A DNA stretch of 64,000 nt from Patescibacteria group bacterium (GCA_041645165.1 JBAZQN010000005.1:19832-83831), one strand, 5' to 3'; numbered from the stretch's first letter, positions 45,504 to 56,469 are shown. Notes: generated from the sequence alone by a model not told the origin. Numbers and translations are program-made.

Positions 45504-47378
45504 ATGCCGCAATCAACGCCCAATGCACCGGACACGGCACTGCTTATGGATTGGCAGGCGCGTTGCCATGAGTGCGGCATGGAGTTTAGCCTGCACGAGG
45601 CGGTCCATCGCTGCCTCCATTGCAAGGGGCCGCTCAACCTTCTTTGCGATTATCAGGAGCTTGCGCGATTCATTAACCAGACTGACTGGAAAGAGTCAAA
45701 CCTGCGCTCCAGCAAATACTGGCGCGCGCTTCCTCTGGGGAATTTCACGCAGATCGTGACTCTGCAGGAAGGTGTCACGCCTTTGAAGCTCCTGTCGAAC
45801 CTTGGGGAGCGGCAGGGCATTAAGCGCTTGTGGGCGAAATTGGAGAGTGAGAACCCCACGGGATGTTTCAAGGATCGCGGGTCGCTTTTGGAAATTTCTT
45901 GGGCCGTGCAGCATGGGTATAAGGCAGTGGTGTGCGCATCCACCGGCAATATGGCCGGGTCGGTCGCGGCGTACGCGGCAAAAGCAGGACTTGAATGCTA
46001 CATTTTTGTGCCAGAGGGAGTGCCCATTGGCAAGCTTTCCATGATTATCGCGTATGGCGCGAAGCCTATTGCAGTCCGCGGAAGCTACAATGACTGTGTG
46101 CGGCTGGCAGAATATTTAGCGTCCGAGGAGGGTTACTTTCTCGCCGGGGATTATGCCCTGCGCGCAGAAGGGAGCAAGACGCAGGCCTATGAAATTATCG
46201 AACAGCTGCACTGGCAGGTGCCAGAGTGGGTGGCGGTGCCCATGGGGAACGGCACGAATCTTTCAGGGATCGCAAAAGGTTTCCAGGATCTTTTAGCGCT
46301 TGGCCTTATTGACCGCTTGCCGAAACTTCTTGGCGTACAGGCGGCGCAATCCTCGCCTATAGTTGAAGCATGGCAGAGGAATGAGGCGAAAGTCATAGCG
46401 TCTGAATCGCTCGCCCAGACCGTGGCGCAAGCGGCAAATGTGGGTAATCCTTTGGATGCCACGAAGGCCTTGAGCGCGATCAGGGAAAGCGGGGGACAGG
46501 CGGTCGCGGTGAGCGAGGAAGAGATTTTGTGCGCGCAGGAAGAATTAAGCAGGGCAGAATCAGTGTTCATAGAGCCGTCGTCCGCGCTTGTCTGGGCAGG
46601 GGTGAAGAAACTGAAAGAACAGGGAACAGTGAACAGTGATCAGAGTATCGTTTTGGTGCTGACAGGCCATGGCTTAAAAGATCCCAAGAGCGTGCTCGTG
46701 AGGGCGGTGGAACCGCCGGTTATCGCGCCCACCGTTGCCGCCTTGCAGGAATTATGGAAGGAGCGGCTGTATGCGCTCACAAAGGTGAGCAAGAGTGAAG
46801 GTATGAAAGTCCTGTGGGATGCGCACACTATCCCTACGGACCTTGGCGTGCGGGCGAAGAAGCTTTTCCATGTCGCGCTGGATAAGGCGCATGAGGAGCG
46901 GCTCGCAATTTCCGTCGCGCAGTTCCATGAGAAAATGCATGAGATGACGCTGCACAGTTTCAATCTCCTCCTTGAAGATGTGACCAAACTCCCGTACGAT
47001 TACCAAGAGATACTGCGGATTGCGGATTTCACCATCCAGGTTCCCCGGCACGCGATGCCGCGCGCCGAGGTAAGCGTGAAGCTCAACGGCGGAACGTACG
47101 AAGGTGAATATGAGGGCGTGGGGCCGGTTGACGCGGTCATTAAGGGCGCAGAAGAAGCGCTTGCCAAATCCCCGCACGGCATTCCCCATGCACTGGTGGA
47201 TTACGACGTGGAGATCGACCGCGGCGGCACCGACGCTATTGTCCGCGTGCACCTCGCGCTTGAGCACCCGAACGGCGCCAAGGTGACCGGCTCGGCGGTG
47301 TCGCCGGACGTCATCACCGCGTCCGTGGTGGCGTTTGAGAGAGCATATAATTTGTTGTATCAAAAGGTGACATCGTAA
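45504..47378 (+). CDS. Threonine-synthase-like PLP enzyme fused to LeuA-type allosteric domain
   Basis: CxxC..CxxC, LQEGVTP, NPTGCFKDRG, CASTGN and LTGHGLKD; C-terminal GVGPVDA...LVDYDV...DVITASV..AYN. Confidence 0.85.
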   Translation: MPQSTPNAPDTALLMDWQARCHECGMEFSLHEAVHRCLHCKGPLNLLCDYQELARFINQTDWKESNLRSSKYWRALPLGNFTQIVTLQEGVTPLKLLSNLGERQGIKRLWAKLESENPTGCFKDRGSLLEISWAVQHGYKAVVCASTGNMAGSVAAYAAKAGLECYIFVPEGVPIGKLSMIIAYGAKPIAVRGSYNDCVRLAEYLASEEGYFLAGDYALRAEGSKTQAYEIIEQLHWQVPEWVAVPMGNGTNLSGIAKGFQDLLALGLIDRLPKLLGVQAAQSSPIVEAWQRNEAKVIASESLAQTVAQAANVGNPLDATKALSAIRESGGQAVAVSEEEILCAQEELSRAESVFIEPSSALVWAGVKKLKEQGTVNSDQSIVLVLTGHGLKDPKSVLVRAVEPPVIAPTVAALQELWKERLYALTKVSKSEGMKVLWDAHTIPTDLGVRAKKLFHVALDKAHEERLAISVAQFHEKMHEMTLHSFNLLLEDVTKLPYDYQEILRIADFTIQVPRHAMPRAEVSVKLNGGTYEGEYEGVGPVDAVIKGAEEALAKSPHGIPHALVDYDVEIDRGGTDAIVRVHLALEHPNGAKVTGSAVSPDVITASVVAFERAYNLLYQKVTS

Positions 47379-47380
47379 GA

Positions 47381-47481
47381 TGTCATCCCCGCGAAGGCGG
47401 GGATCTAGAAAACAAAAATAAAAAATAGATCGATTTTGCTGTTTATTTTTTGTCTGGATTCCTGCCTGCGCAGGAATGACA
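47381..47481. repeat. Core of the MITE family (TGTCATCCCCGC...GGAATGACA)
   Basis: Two dRS3-like hairpins around the same A-rich/T-rich spacer seen in 45147-45307. Confidence 0.85.
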
Positions 47482-47512
47482 ATATTGAAGGTATTACTTT
47501 GTTATAAATACT

Positions 47513-48415
47513 ATGCAGCCTACCCAATTCATCTGGCTCAACGGTTCATTCGTCCCCTGGCAGGAGGCGAAAATCCACGTCCTCGCGCACGCGCTCCACT
47601 ATGGCACGGGCGTGTTCGAGGGAATCCGCACCTACGCCACGGCAAAGGGCCCTGCGGTTTTCCAGTTGGAGAAGCACCTGGAGCGCTTCCTCTACGGCGC
47701 CTCGTGTTTGCGCATGCAGGTTCCCTATACGAAAGAGCGGCTCGCAGAGGCGGTCGTGGCGACGATACGCAAAAACGACATTAAGGAATGTTACGTCCGC
47801 CCGATCATGTTTTACGGCTACGGCGAACTGCGCGTGAATCCCGCGGGCTGTCCGGTGGACGTCGCGATTGCGGTCTGGCCGTGGGGCGCCTATCTGGGAG
47901 AGGCGGCCATCACGGCGAAAGTGTCCAAGGTCATCCGCATCCACCCGCATTCGTCCGCGACCGATGCGAAGATCACCGGCCATTATGTCAATTCTATGCT
48001 CGCGGGGCTTGATGCCGTTGATGCCGGATACGGGGAAGCCATTCAGCTGGATTATGAAGGTAATATTGCCGAGGGCACGGGCGAGAATTTTTTCATGGTC
48101 AAAAACGGCGTGGTGGCGACCCCGCCGCTTGGCACTATCCTCGCGGGCATAACCCGCACTTCGGTCATCACCCTTGCCCGCGATTTGGGCTACACGGTGG
48201 AGGAGCGCCCTCTTTCCCTTGCGGAAGTGTTGAAGGCGGATGAGTGCTTTTTCACCGGCACTGCGACGGAGATCGCCGGCATCGGGAAGATTGACGACAC
48301 GGAGTTCAAAGACGCCCCAGGCCCGGTGACTAAGAGACTCACTGACGCGTTTAAGACCATCGTGAAAGCGGAAAACGAGAAGTATATGCATTGGCTTACC
48401 TTGGTGAATAAATAA
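47513..48415 (+). CDS. ilvE: Branched-chain amino acid aminotransferase
   Basis: [37 protein letters not shown] and FFTGTA. Confidence 0.96.
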   Translation: MQPTQFIWLNGSFVPWQEAKIHVLAHALHYGTGVFEGIRTYATAKGPAVFQLEKHLERFLYGASCLRMQVPYTKERLAEAVVATIRKNDIKECYVRPIMFYGYGELRVNPAGCPVDVAIAVWPWGAYLGEAAITAKVSKVIRIHPHSSATDAKITGHYVNSMLAGLDAVDAGYGEAIQLDYEGNIAEGTGENFFMVKNGVVATPPLGTILAGITRTSVITLARDLGYTVEERPLSLAEVLKADECFFTGTATEIAGIGKIDDTEFKDAPGPVTKRLTDAFKTIVKAENEKYMHWLTLVNK

Positions 48416-48419
48416 TTCT

Positions 48420-50138
48420 ATGTCAGCTTCCTCATTGAAACACCACAGCCAGCTTATGACCGGTTCTCCCGGCACTGCCGACTGGCCCAAAAGGGCCGCG
48501 GCGCGGGCCATGCTAAGGGCGGTGGGTTTTAAGGATCAGGATTTTGAGAAACCCATCATCACGGTCGCCTGTCCCTACACCAACGCCACGCCGTGCAATG
48601 ACCACGTGGACAAGCTCGGGCGTGTTGTGGTTGAGGAAGTGGAAAAGATAGGCGGCAAGCCGTTTATTTTCGGCACGCCGGTGGTAAGCGACGGTGAGAG
48701 CATGGGTACGGAAGGTATGAAGTATTCGCTCGTGTCGCGCGAATGGATTGCGGACAACATAGAAATCATGCAGGAGTCATACATGGCAGACGGCGCGATT
48801 ACCTTGTCAGGATGCGATAAGACGATTCCCGGCGCGCTGATGCCTTTGGCGCGCAACAACAGCATTGGCCTCACGCTCTACGGCGGTTCGATTCACCCCG
48901 GCAGACTGGGTGATAAAGACCTCACCATTGTGAGCTCGTTCGAAGCGATTGGCGCCCATGCGGCGGGGAAGATAAGCGACGAAGAGCTCCACCAGATAGA
49001 ATGCCATTCTTGCCCCGGGGCAGGATCCTGCGGCGGCATGTTTACGGCGAATACCATGGCGTCATCCATCGAGGCGCTTGGCATGTCCATTCCCGGCTCC
49101 TCATCCAATCTCGCCGTGGACAGGCACAACCAAGTGTCTGAGGACAAGCGGAACGACTGCAAAAAAACAGTCACGGCGCTCTTTCATCTTCTTGAGCGGG
49201 GCATCCGCGTTCGTGACATCATGACTAGGCAAGCGTTTGAGAATGCCATTGTCGTGGTGATGGCGCTGGGCGGGTCTACCAACGCCGTGCTCCATTATCT
49301 AGCCCTCGCGCATGAGGCGGGCGTGGAGCTCACGCTTGATGATTTCTCGCGCGTGGCCGCGCGGGTGCCGCTCCTCGGAAATTTTTCGCCTTTTGGGAAA
49401 TATGTGATGGAAGATTTGCACAATATCGGCGGCATCCCCATGGTGATGAAACACCTCTTGCAGTACGGCCTTTTGCATGGCGATTGCATGACGGTGACTG
49501 GCAGGACCGTGGCGGAGAATCTAAAAGACGCGCCGGACTACCCCGAAGGACAGGATATAGTCGCGCGCGTGGATCAGCCGTGTGCGCCGCCGGACCACCA
49601 CATCGTTATCCTCCGCGGCAATCTCGCGCCTGAAGGGGCGGTGATGAAGCTCTCGGGGAAAGGTGTGATGGCGCACAAGGGGCCTGCGCGGATATTCGAG
49701 CGGGAAGAAGATGCGCTTGATGCGATCCTGGAAGGCAGGGTAAAAAAAGGCGACGTGATGGTTATTCGTTTCGAAGGCCCGAAAGGCGGCCCGGGCATGA
49801 GAGAAATGCTTTCTCCCTCTTCCGCGCTCATGGGTGCGGGATTGGGGAAGGAGGTCGCGCTCATCACGGACGGGCGTTTTTCCGGCGGCACGCACGGCAT
49901 CATGGTGGGGCACATCACGCCGGAAGCGCAGACAGGCGGCCCGATTGCGTTCCTCAAAGAAGGGGACATGATTGACATAGACGTCCAAAGACGAGAAATA
50001 AATGTTGAGATAAGCGAAGAGGAAATGCGCGCACGCGCAGCAGTGTGGAAAGCGCCCGCACTGAAATATCAGCGAGGGGTGCTGTGGAAATACGCCACGC
50101 TCGTGGGAAGCGCATCGAGAGGGGCCGTGACAAGTTAG
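48420..50138 (+). CDS. ilvD: Dihydroxy-acid dehydratase
   Basis: [33 protein letters not shown] and TDGRFSG. Confidence 0.98.
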   Translation: MSASSLKHHSQLMTGSPGTADWPKRAAARAMLRAVGFKDQDFEKPIITVACPYTNATPCNDHVDKLGRVVVEEVEKIGGKPFIFGTPVVSDGESMGTEGMKYSLVSREWIADNIEIMQESYMADGAITLSGCDKTIPGALMPLARNNSIGLTLYGGSIHPGRLGDKDLTIVSSFEAIGAHAAGKISDEELHQIECHSCPGAGSCGGMFTANTMASSIEALGMSIPGSSSNLAVDRHNQVSEDKRNDCKKTVTALFHLLERGIRVRDIMTRQAFENAIVVVMALGGSTNAVLHYLALAHEAGVELTLDDFSRVAARVPLLGNFSPFGKYVMEDLHNIGGIPMVMKHLLQYGLLHGDCMTVTGRTVAENLKDAPDYPEGQDIVARVDQPCAPPDHHIVILRGNLAPEGAVMKLSGKGVMAHKGPARIFEREEDALDAILEGRVKKGDVMVIRFEGPKGGPGMREMLSPSSALMGAGLGKEVALITDGRFSGGTHGIMVGHITPEAQTGGPIAFLKEGDMIDIDVQRREINVEISEEEMRARAAVWKAPALKYQRGVLWKYATLVGSASRGAVTS

Positions 50139-50203
50139 ACGTGCGTTTATTCGTTGGGAAAACACGTTTCTTTAAGATTCCAACCATATTAGTGTATTAT
50201 TCT

Positions 50204-50292
50204 GCTCGGTCGCACCCCAGTTCTTGTTGCGGAACTCGTCCCGCTCCGCGGGACTCAAACAGTCCTCACTGCGAACTGTGGCACCCCCTCGC
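50204..50292. repeat. ~90-bp palindromic element (copy 2)
   Basis: Core ttcttgttgcggaactcgtcccgctccgcgggactcaaacagtcctcac shared with 17947-17995. Confidence 0.75.
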
Positions 50293-50324
50293 TTTAGGAA
50301 AAGGAGGGAAAGGAGAAAAAATGT

Positions 50325-50780
50325 ATGAACTATGTATCCGCCGAAGGAAGGCAGGGAAGGGTAATGGTAGCTCGGTTTAAGCCCGGACAGGATTTGCGTG
50401 ACGCATTGAATGCTTTTTGCCTTGAGAAGGGGATAAAAGCCGGCTATATTCCGGTACTCTTAGGAGGATTCAAGAATCTCAAGGTGAATGCGATGGCGCA
50501 AGGAGAGGAGGATGACCAACCGCGCACTGTCTTGCGCGAGTACCGCGAGCCTCTGGAATATTTCGGCTGCGGCACGGTTGCATTTGCGGACGGCAAGCCT
50601 TCGATCCATATCCACCTTACTGCGGCGCAAGGGAACCACAACGCGGTCGGAGGGCATCTCGTATCCGGAGAGATCGTCTTTCTAACAGAAGTAGTTATCG
50701 TGGAGGTTGAGGGCATTGTCATGACGCGCCAGAGTGATCCCGAAGTTTTCAATATGCCCCTTTTGCATTTTTCCCATTGA
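50325..50780 (+). CDS. PPC/DUF296 domain protein
   Basis: RFKPGQDL, HIHLT and GGHL. Confidence 0.88.
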   Translation: MNYVSAEGRQGRVMVARFKPGQDLRDALNAFCLEKGIKAGYIPVLLGGFKNLKVNAMAQGEEDDQPRTVLREYREPLEYFGCGTVAFADGKPSIHIHLTAAQGNHNAVGGHLVSGEIVFLTEVVIVEVEGIVMTRQSDPEVFNMPLLHFSH

Positions 50781-50868
50781 TCCCGTTGATAATAAATGAG
50801 ACATGGTTTAATATGAGATGTCCTTTAATCCATAATTCAATTATTTATACAGTTTATATACAACGGGG

Positions 50869-51028
50869 TTGACATAAAAACCCGGCGGGAGTAGCCTTAG
50901 AATATACCTATGCAAAGTACCGCAACCAATCAGATTTTTAGCGTTGTTATCCTTATCCAGCCGTGAGGGTGGCCGCTTGCGTATACGCAATACCGTCGCA
51001 GAGGCCGCCCGAAAGCGGCCATTTTTTA
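50869..51028 (+). promoter_or_regulatory. Promoter plus Val/Ile/Leu leader-peptide attenuator for the ilvC operon
   Basis: TTGACA-17-TAGCCT; leader 50910-50966 MQSTATNQIFSVVILIQP; terminator GGCCGC-ccgaaa-GCGGCC-aTTTTTT; alternative pairing partner TGGCCGCT at 50970. Confidence 0.85.
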
Positions 51029-51139
51029 TACCAAATAATGGATCGCAGCAATTTTAGGTTTCACGCGTATGTACGCAGAAGCCGTCCGCGTCACCTTTAG
51101 TAATATTTGGCGTTTAGTGCGTATGCGGACGGACGCAGA

Positions 51140-51240
51140 CCCGCCTGCCTACGCCTATGGTCGGGTACGAACGAGAGTAAGGTTATGCATCTAAAGTCAC
51201 AGGTGTATCTCATTCATGAATAGAGGCTATGGCGGGCAGG
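51140..51240 (+). mobile_element. ~100-bp element with conserved ends (copy 3)
   Basis: cccgcctgcc...aggctatggcgggcagg, flanked by acgcaga | tcaacgcagat. Confidence 0.7.
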
Positions 51241-51276
51241 TCAACGCAGATATGTATTATTTTTTATTTTACTACT

Positions 51277-52326
51277 ATGAAGATTGATTTCGGCGGCGTT
51301 ACGGAAGACGTTGTGACCAGGGATGAATTCCCTTTATCGCGCGCGCAGGAAGCATTAAAGGATGAGACCATCGCGGTGCTTGGCTACGGCGTGCAAGGGC
51401 CGGGGCAATCCCTCAATATGCGCGATCAAGGCTTTCGCGTCATTGTGGGCCAGCGGAAGGGTACGGATTCGTGGGATAAGGCGGTGAATGATGGATGGAA
51501 GCCGGGTGAAACGTTGTTTGAGTTGGACGAGGCCGCTGCGCGCGGCACCATTATCCAATATTTGCTCTCTGACGCGGGGCAGAAGCAGTACTGGCCTGCC
51601 TTGAAGCCGCATCTTACGAAGGGTAAGGCGCTCTGTTTTTCGCATGGATTTTCCATTGTGTACAAAGACCAGACCCGCGTGGTGCCGCCCGCCTGTGTGG
51701 ATGTCATTCTGGTCGCGCCAAAAGGGTCAGGTACGTCCGTGCGCAGGAATTTTTTAAAAGGCAGCGGGATAAACGCGAGCTTTGCGGTGTTTCAGGATGC
51801 GACAGGCCATGCGCGCGACCGCGCGATTGCCTGCGGTATTGCAGTCGGTTCCGGTTTTCTCTTCCCCACCACGTTTGAGAACGAGGTATGGAGCGACTTG
51901 ACCGGCGAGCGGGGTGTGCTCATGGGTGCGCTTGCGGGCATTATGGAGGCGCAGTACAACCTCCTCCGCGCCAAGGGTCATTCGCCCTCTGAAGCGTTCA
52001 ATGAAACCGTGGAAGAAGCTACACAAAGCCTCATCCCTTTGATTGCAGAAAAAGGTATGGACTGGATGTATGCAAACTGTTCGACGACTGCCCAGCGCGG
52101 CGCGCTTGACTGGCGGCATAAGTTCCGCAAGGCAGTGGAGCCGGTGTTCGAAGAGCTCTACAAAAGAGTGAAAGAAGGGAAGGAAACGGAAATCGTGCTT
52201 AAGGCAAACAGCGATCCGCACTACCGCGAGAATTTGAAGAAAGAATTGGACGAAATGAAAAATTCCGAAATGTGGCAAGCAGGCGCGGCGGTGCGCGGAT
52301 TGCGTCCCGAAAACTGGAAAAAGTAG
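51277..52326 (+). CDS. ilvC: Ketol-acid reductoisomerase (Bacteroidetes/fungal-like type)
   Basis: GYGVQG, FSHGF, APKGSG, SDLTGER, HSPSEAFNE and CSTTAQRG. Confidence 0.97.
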   Translation: MKIDFGGVTEDVVTRDEFPLSRAQEALKDETIAVLGYGVQGPGQSLNMRDQGFRVIVGQRKGTDSWDKAVNDGWKPGETLFELDEAAARGTIIQYLLSDAGQKQYWPALKPHLTKGKALCFSHGFSIVYKDQTRVVPPACVDVILVAPKGSGTSVRRNFLKGSGINASFAVFQDATGHARDRAIACGIAVGSGFLFPTTFENEVWSDLTGERGVLMGALAGIMEAQYNLLRAKGHSPSEAFNETVEEATQSLIPLIAEKGMDWMYANCSTTAQRGALDWRHKFRKAVEPVFEELYKRVKEGKETEIVLKANSDPHYRENLKKELDEMKNSEMWQAGAAVRGLRPENWKK

Positions 52327-52383
52327 AAGCCAGTGTACGCCATCACTATGCCAGTATACGCCGCTTAGTGAGGAGTTTAATTT

Positions 52384-52743
52384 ATGAATAACCACATAAA
52401 ACCCATCGGCCCATATTCAACCGCACGGCGTGCAGGCGATCTCCTTTTCTGTTCCGGACAGATCGGGATTGATGGGTCAGGTGCGCTCGTCGCCGGCGGT
52501 ATTGCGTCGGAGACGCGGCAGGCGTTTGAAAATCTTAAAGAGGCGCTGCGCGAGGAAGGCTTCACTCTTCAGGACGTGGTGAAGGCCACCGTATACCTGA
52601 AGGATATGAACGAGTTTGCGGCGATGAACGCGGTGTATCAGGAATATTTTAATCCTCCGTATCCAGCGCGCGCGACCATACAGGTCGCGGCGCTTCCGAA
52701 AGGCGCGTGTATAGAAATTGAAGCAGTGGCAGTAAAGGGTTAG
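52384..52743 (+). CDS. ridA: RidA family enamine/imine deaminase
   Basis: IGPYS, SGQIG, MNAVY, PARAT and IEIEA. Confidence 0.92.
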   Translation: MNNHIKPIGPYSTARRAGDLLFCSGQIGIDGSGALVAGGIASETRQAFENLKEALREEGFTLQDVVKATVYLKDMNEFAAMNAVYQEYFNPPYPARATIQVAALPKGACIEIEAVAVKG

Positions 52744-52761
52744 GTAATAAAATCATTCATT

Positions 52762-54516
52762 ATGTTATTAACAGGAGGCGAGATATTACTCAAAACTTTA
52801 GTAGACCTCGGCGTCGACGTGATGTGGGGCATGCCTGGGGGCGTGGTGCTGCCCTTGTATGACCATTTTGCGAAATACCCACAGCTTAAACACATCCTTA
52901 TCCGCCATGAACAAGGAGGGGCGTTTGCCGCCGATGGTTATGCGCGGGTGACCGGGAACGTGGGGGTATGCTTGGGCACCTCGGGTCCGGGATCCACAAA
53001 CCTTGTAACAGGGATTGCGGGCGCGTTCATGGATTCCATTCCTTTGCTCGCAATCACCGGGCAGGTTGCCTCGCCTCTGATCGGTTCTGACGCGTTTCAA
53101 GAGGTGGATTCCATAGGCATTACGGTGTCGATCGTGAAACACAGCTTTTTGGCGCAAAGGGCGGAAGACGTGGCAGACATAATCACGACCGCCTATTATC
53201 TTGCCGGGTCCGGCCGCCCAGGGCCGGTGCATGTGGATGTGACTAAGGATGCGCTCATGAACAAAGTTGAGTACCAAAAGGGAATAGTTTTAGCGCTGCC
53301 GGGTTACCGCATCCCGCATATGGACGATCCCGAGATGCGCTCAGCGGTGAAACAGCTTGAAACATTATTAGAAAATCCTGATGCGCGCCCCTTAATCCTT
53401 GCTGGGCACGGGGTGGAGCTTGGCGGGGCGGAAAAGGAACTCTTGGCATTTGCGGAAAAATTGCAGATTCCAGTGGCCAATACGCTCTTGGGAACAGGCG
53501 TATTTCCGCAAGGGCATCCTCTGTATCTGGGATCGGTGGGCATGCACGGCACGGCGCTTGCGAACAAGACGCTGGCAGAATCAAATGTAGTGATCGGCAT
53601 AGGGATGCGCTGGGACGACCGCGTGACAGGCGATTTGAAAAGCTTCAAGAGCGGCAGGCAATTTGTCCATTTCGAGATAGACCCGTCCGAGGTTGGCAAA
53701 ATTATAACTCCCGCAGTAGCTTTCATGGGCAACGTGAAGGATACGCTCTCATCCGCCGTGAGGGAGATGCAAACGCGCGCGTGGCCGAAGTGGCGGCGCT
53801 CCATTGAAGAGTGGAAAGCCGCTTGGCCGCCATTCGCCCTTCCTTATCCGCAAGCTGAAGACGGTCCCATTTCCCAGCCGTGGGCGATCAGCCTGCTTTC
53901 GGAAATGACAAAGGGCGAAGACATCGTGGCATCAGACGTAGGCCGCCATCAGATGTGGGTGATGCGCTATTACCGGTTCCGCCATTCGCACTCGCACATT
54001 TCGCACGGAGGCTTAGGCGCGATGGGATTCGGCGTGCCCGCGGCCATGGGCGCGAAATTTGGCGCGCCGGGGAGGCGCGTGTGGGCAGTGAGCGGCGACG
54101 GCAGCTTTCAGATCAATATCCAAGAACTCGCGACGATTGCGGAAAACAAAGTCGAGGTAAAAATGGTGCTGATGAACGACGGATCGCTGGGTATGGTGCG
54201 GCAGTGGCAGGAGCTTTTCTACGGCTCGAACCTTTCTGCAAGCACTTTTTCAGGGAATCCCGATTTCGTGCGCGTGGCAGAAGCGTATGCCATTCCCGCG
54301 CGGCGCGTGGAGAAAGCTGCGGATTTGCGGCAGGCGTTTGAGTGGGCTATGCAGACTCCCGGGCCGGTCCTTGTTGAGGTGCGGGTTGACCCGCAGGAGC
54401 ACGTCTACCCCATGGTGCCGGCAGGCAAGGGAGTGCATGAGCAGATCATTGTTGACCCTCGACGGGCATTACATGCGGAATCGCACTTGAAATTAAGCGC
54501 GTCAACGAGCGATTAA
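52762..54516 (+). CDS. ilvB: Acetolactate synthase large subunit
   Basis: RHEQ, TSGPG, DAFQE, DDRVTG and the GDGSF...N ThDP motif. Confidence 0.97.
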   Translation: MLLTGGEILLKTLVDLGVDVMWGMPGGVVLPLYDHFAKYPQLKHILIRHEQGGAFAADGYARVTGNVGVCLGTSGPGSTNLVTGIAGAFMDSIPLLAITGQVASPLIGSDAFQEVDSIGITVSIVKHSFLAQRAEDVADIITTAYYLAGSGRPGPVHVDVTKDALMNKVEYQKGIVLALPGYRIPHMDDPEMRSAVKQLETLLENPDARPLILAGHGVELGGAEKELLAFAEKLQIPVANTLLGTGVFPQGHPLYLGSVGMHGTALANKTLAESNVVIGIGMRWDDRVTGDLKSFKSGRQFVHFEIDPSEVGKIITPAVAFMGNVKDTLSSAVREMQTRAWPKWRRSIEEWKAAWPPFALPYPQAEDGPISQPWAISLLSEMTKGEDIVASDVGRHQMWVMRYYRFRHSHSHISHGGLGAMGFGVPAAMGAKFGAPGRRVWAVSGDGSFQINIQELATIAENKVEVKMVLMNDGSLGMVRQWQELFYGSNLSASTFSGNPDFVRVAEAYAIPARRVEKAADLRQAFEWAMQTPGPVLVEVRVDPQEHVYPMVPAGKGVHEQIIVDPRRALHAESHLKLSASTSD

Positions 54517-54662
54517 ATTAAAATACAAATCTCAAAATGTCACCGCTTTGCGGGATCCCGCTTACCATTGAATACCATCATTAAGGTGCGGGACAGAATG
54601 ACAAACCAAAATTTATAAATTTTACATTTTCATTTTGATTTTTGATATTTGATTTTTGCATT
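54516..54662. repeat. Inverted 7-mer-type A-rich/T-rich arrays with nested hairpin
   Basis: aaatacaaatctcaaaatgtca[ccgctttgcgggatcccgc...gcggga]...ttttgatttttgatatttgattttt. Confidence 0.7.
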
Positions 54663-54680
54663 ATTTGAATAAGTAAAGTT

Positions 54681-54938
54681 ATGCAATACAATGAGTTCCA
54701 TTTCAAGATTACCCTCGAAGCCATGAATCACGTGGGCGTGATGACGCGCATAACAAATGTGCTGCGAAAGTTCAGCCTGAATATTTATGAATTCAGCGGC
54801 AAGACGCACCCCGAAGACCCAGAGCGCTTTACAATGTATCTTTGGGTAGCAGGCCCCAGAGAAAACTGCGATTATATTTTCAAGAAATTGGAAAAGATTA
54901 TCGATGTGGTGAAGATTGAGTGGAAGGGAGTGAAGTAA
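54681..54938 (+). CDS. ACT-domain acetolactate synthase regulatory subunit (IlvN-like)
   Basis: NHVGVMTRITNVLRKFSLNI...KKLEKIIDVVKI, directly after ilvB. Confidence 0.8.
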   Translation: MQYNEFHFKITLEAMNHVGVMTRITNVLRKFSLNIYEFSGKTHPEDPERFTMYLWVAGPRENCDYIFKKLEKIIDVVKIEWKGVK

Positions 54939-55055
54939 ATATGATACCAATATACGAATGTATTCGAATGATGCGAATCACTGCGAATTCGTAGGTATTA
55001 GCCTGCCTGCGCAGGCAGGTATCATTAGTATTAATTAGTTGATTAGTATCATACT

Positions 55056-56246
55056 ATGTTGAAACCCATTCGACCTTTTAGTAAGCGCATAACTAAAATT
55101 GAAGTGTCCGCCATCAAGCAGATGGCGCTGAAGGCTACGGAATACAAGAACGTGGTATCGTTCGGCTGGGGCGTGCCGTCGTTTCGGACAAAAGAGGAGA
55201 TACGGGACGCGGTGCGTGACGCGTTTCAGAATGATCCTCATCTGGATAAATATGCGCCCGTGTCGGGACTTACCAGCTTGCGCGAAAAGATCGCGCGCAC
55301 CTGGCCGAAGCGCTATGGGTTTGAGATCTCGCCAAAAGAAGTGCTCGTGTCTGCGGGCGCTATGGAGGCGATGATGGGATTGATGATGGTGCTTTTCGAT
55401 CCCGGAGACGAGGTGCTCGTGATGGACCCGGGATTCGCGTCGCACATCGAAGAAATGGAAGTGACCGGCCTTGTTCCTTCTTATGTCCATCTGGACGAAT
55501 CAAAGGGATGGGGATTGACGGAGCGCGCGCTTGAGAAAGCAATTTCCAAAAAAAGCAGAGGGATTATCATTATCAATCCCAACAATCCCACCGGCCATGT
55601 ATATGCGCGTGCAGATATTGAGTTAATAGCGCGTTTCGCCGTGCAGCACCATTTGTGGCTTATCGTAGATGAACCTTACGAATACCTGGTATTCGACGGG
55701 AAAAAATTATTCCATCCCCTGCTGATCCCAGAAGCGCGGAATAATGTGATTGCGGTGCACTCTTTTTCCAAGAAATTCGCCATGACCGGCTGGCGCGTGG
55801 GATACTTCGTGGGATCGGAGGAGTTGGTAAAAGAATTCATGAAATTCCACGACAATACGATTGTGAGTGCACCGCGCATTTCCCAAATCGCAGCGCTCGC
55901 CGCGCTAGATATCCCGGACAGCGCGTTTGCGGATGAATTAAAAGAAATGCACGCGCGCAGAGACCTGATCTGCCAATGGCTCGACAGGATGCCGGATCTC
56001 TTCACCTATGTGCGCCCCACTGGCGCGTATTACATTTTTCCGAAAATAATCGCGCCGGGGTTGGATGACGTGACGCTCGCGGAACGCCTCCTGAATGAGG
56101 TGCAGGTCGTGACCACGCCGGGCTCTGCTTTCGGGCCTGTGGGCCAAAATCACCTGCGTCTCACTTTCAGCGGCACGAGAGAAGAAATCAGTGAAGGGAT
56201 GGAGAGGATATCAAAATGGTGGGAAGCGGAAAAAAAGAGAAAATAA
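55056..56246 (+). CDS. Class I/II PLP aminotransferase
   Basis: NPNNPTG, DEPY and SFSKKFAMTGWRVG. Confidence 0.93.
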   Translation: MLKPIRPFSKRITKIEVSAIKQMALKATEYKNVVSFGWGVPSFRTKEEIRDAVRDAFQNDPHLDKYAPVSGLTSLREKIARTWPKRYGFEISPKEVLVSAGAMEAMMGLMMVLFDPGDEVLVMDPGFASHIEEMEVTGLVPSYVHLDESKGWGLTERALEKAISKKSRGIIIINPNNPTGHVYARADIELIARFAVQHHLWLIVDEPYEYLVFDGKKLFHPLLIPEARNNVIAVHSFSKKFAMTGWRVGYFVGSEELVKEFMKFHDNTIVSAPRISQIAALAALDIPDSAFADELKEMHARRDLICQWLDRMPDLFTYVRPTGAYYIFPKIIAPGLDDVTLAERLLNEVQVVTTPGSAFGPVGQNHLRLTFSGTREEISEGMERISKWWEAEKKRK

Positions 56247-56263
56247 AACGGATTTACGCGGAT

Positions 56264-56469
56264 TATACTCAATTGCTATTCAATTCCGATTCCATCGTCA
56301 TCCCCGCCCCGTATCAAGGTACGGGGCAAGCTCCAGCGGGAATCCAGACGCCGTCCTCGACCGAGATCGGGGAAAACCAAAAGAAAATTGATCTTTTTGT
56401 TTGTTTTATGTCTGGATTCCAGATCCCGGTCTGGAATGACAATCGGAATTGGGTTGGCAAATTAGTATA
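56264..56469 (+). mobile_element. MITE-like ~207-bp element (copy 3)
   Basis: Near-identical to the other copies; inserted in a gatttacgcggat array. Confidence 0.9.

Noticed and set aside
47546-48511. Long antisense ORFs over ilvE, ilvD, ilvC, glyA, rnj and uvrA
   Set aside because: Shadow frames expected from GC-rich codon usage, with no motifs.
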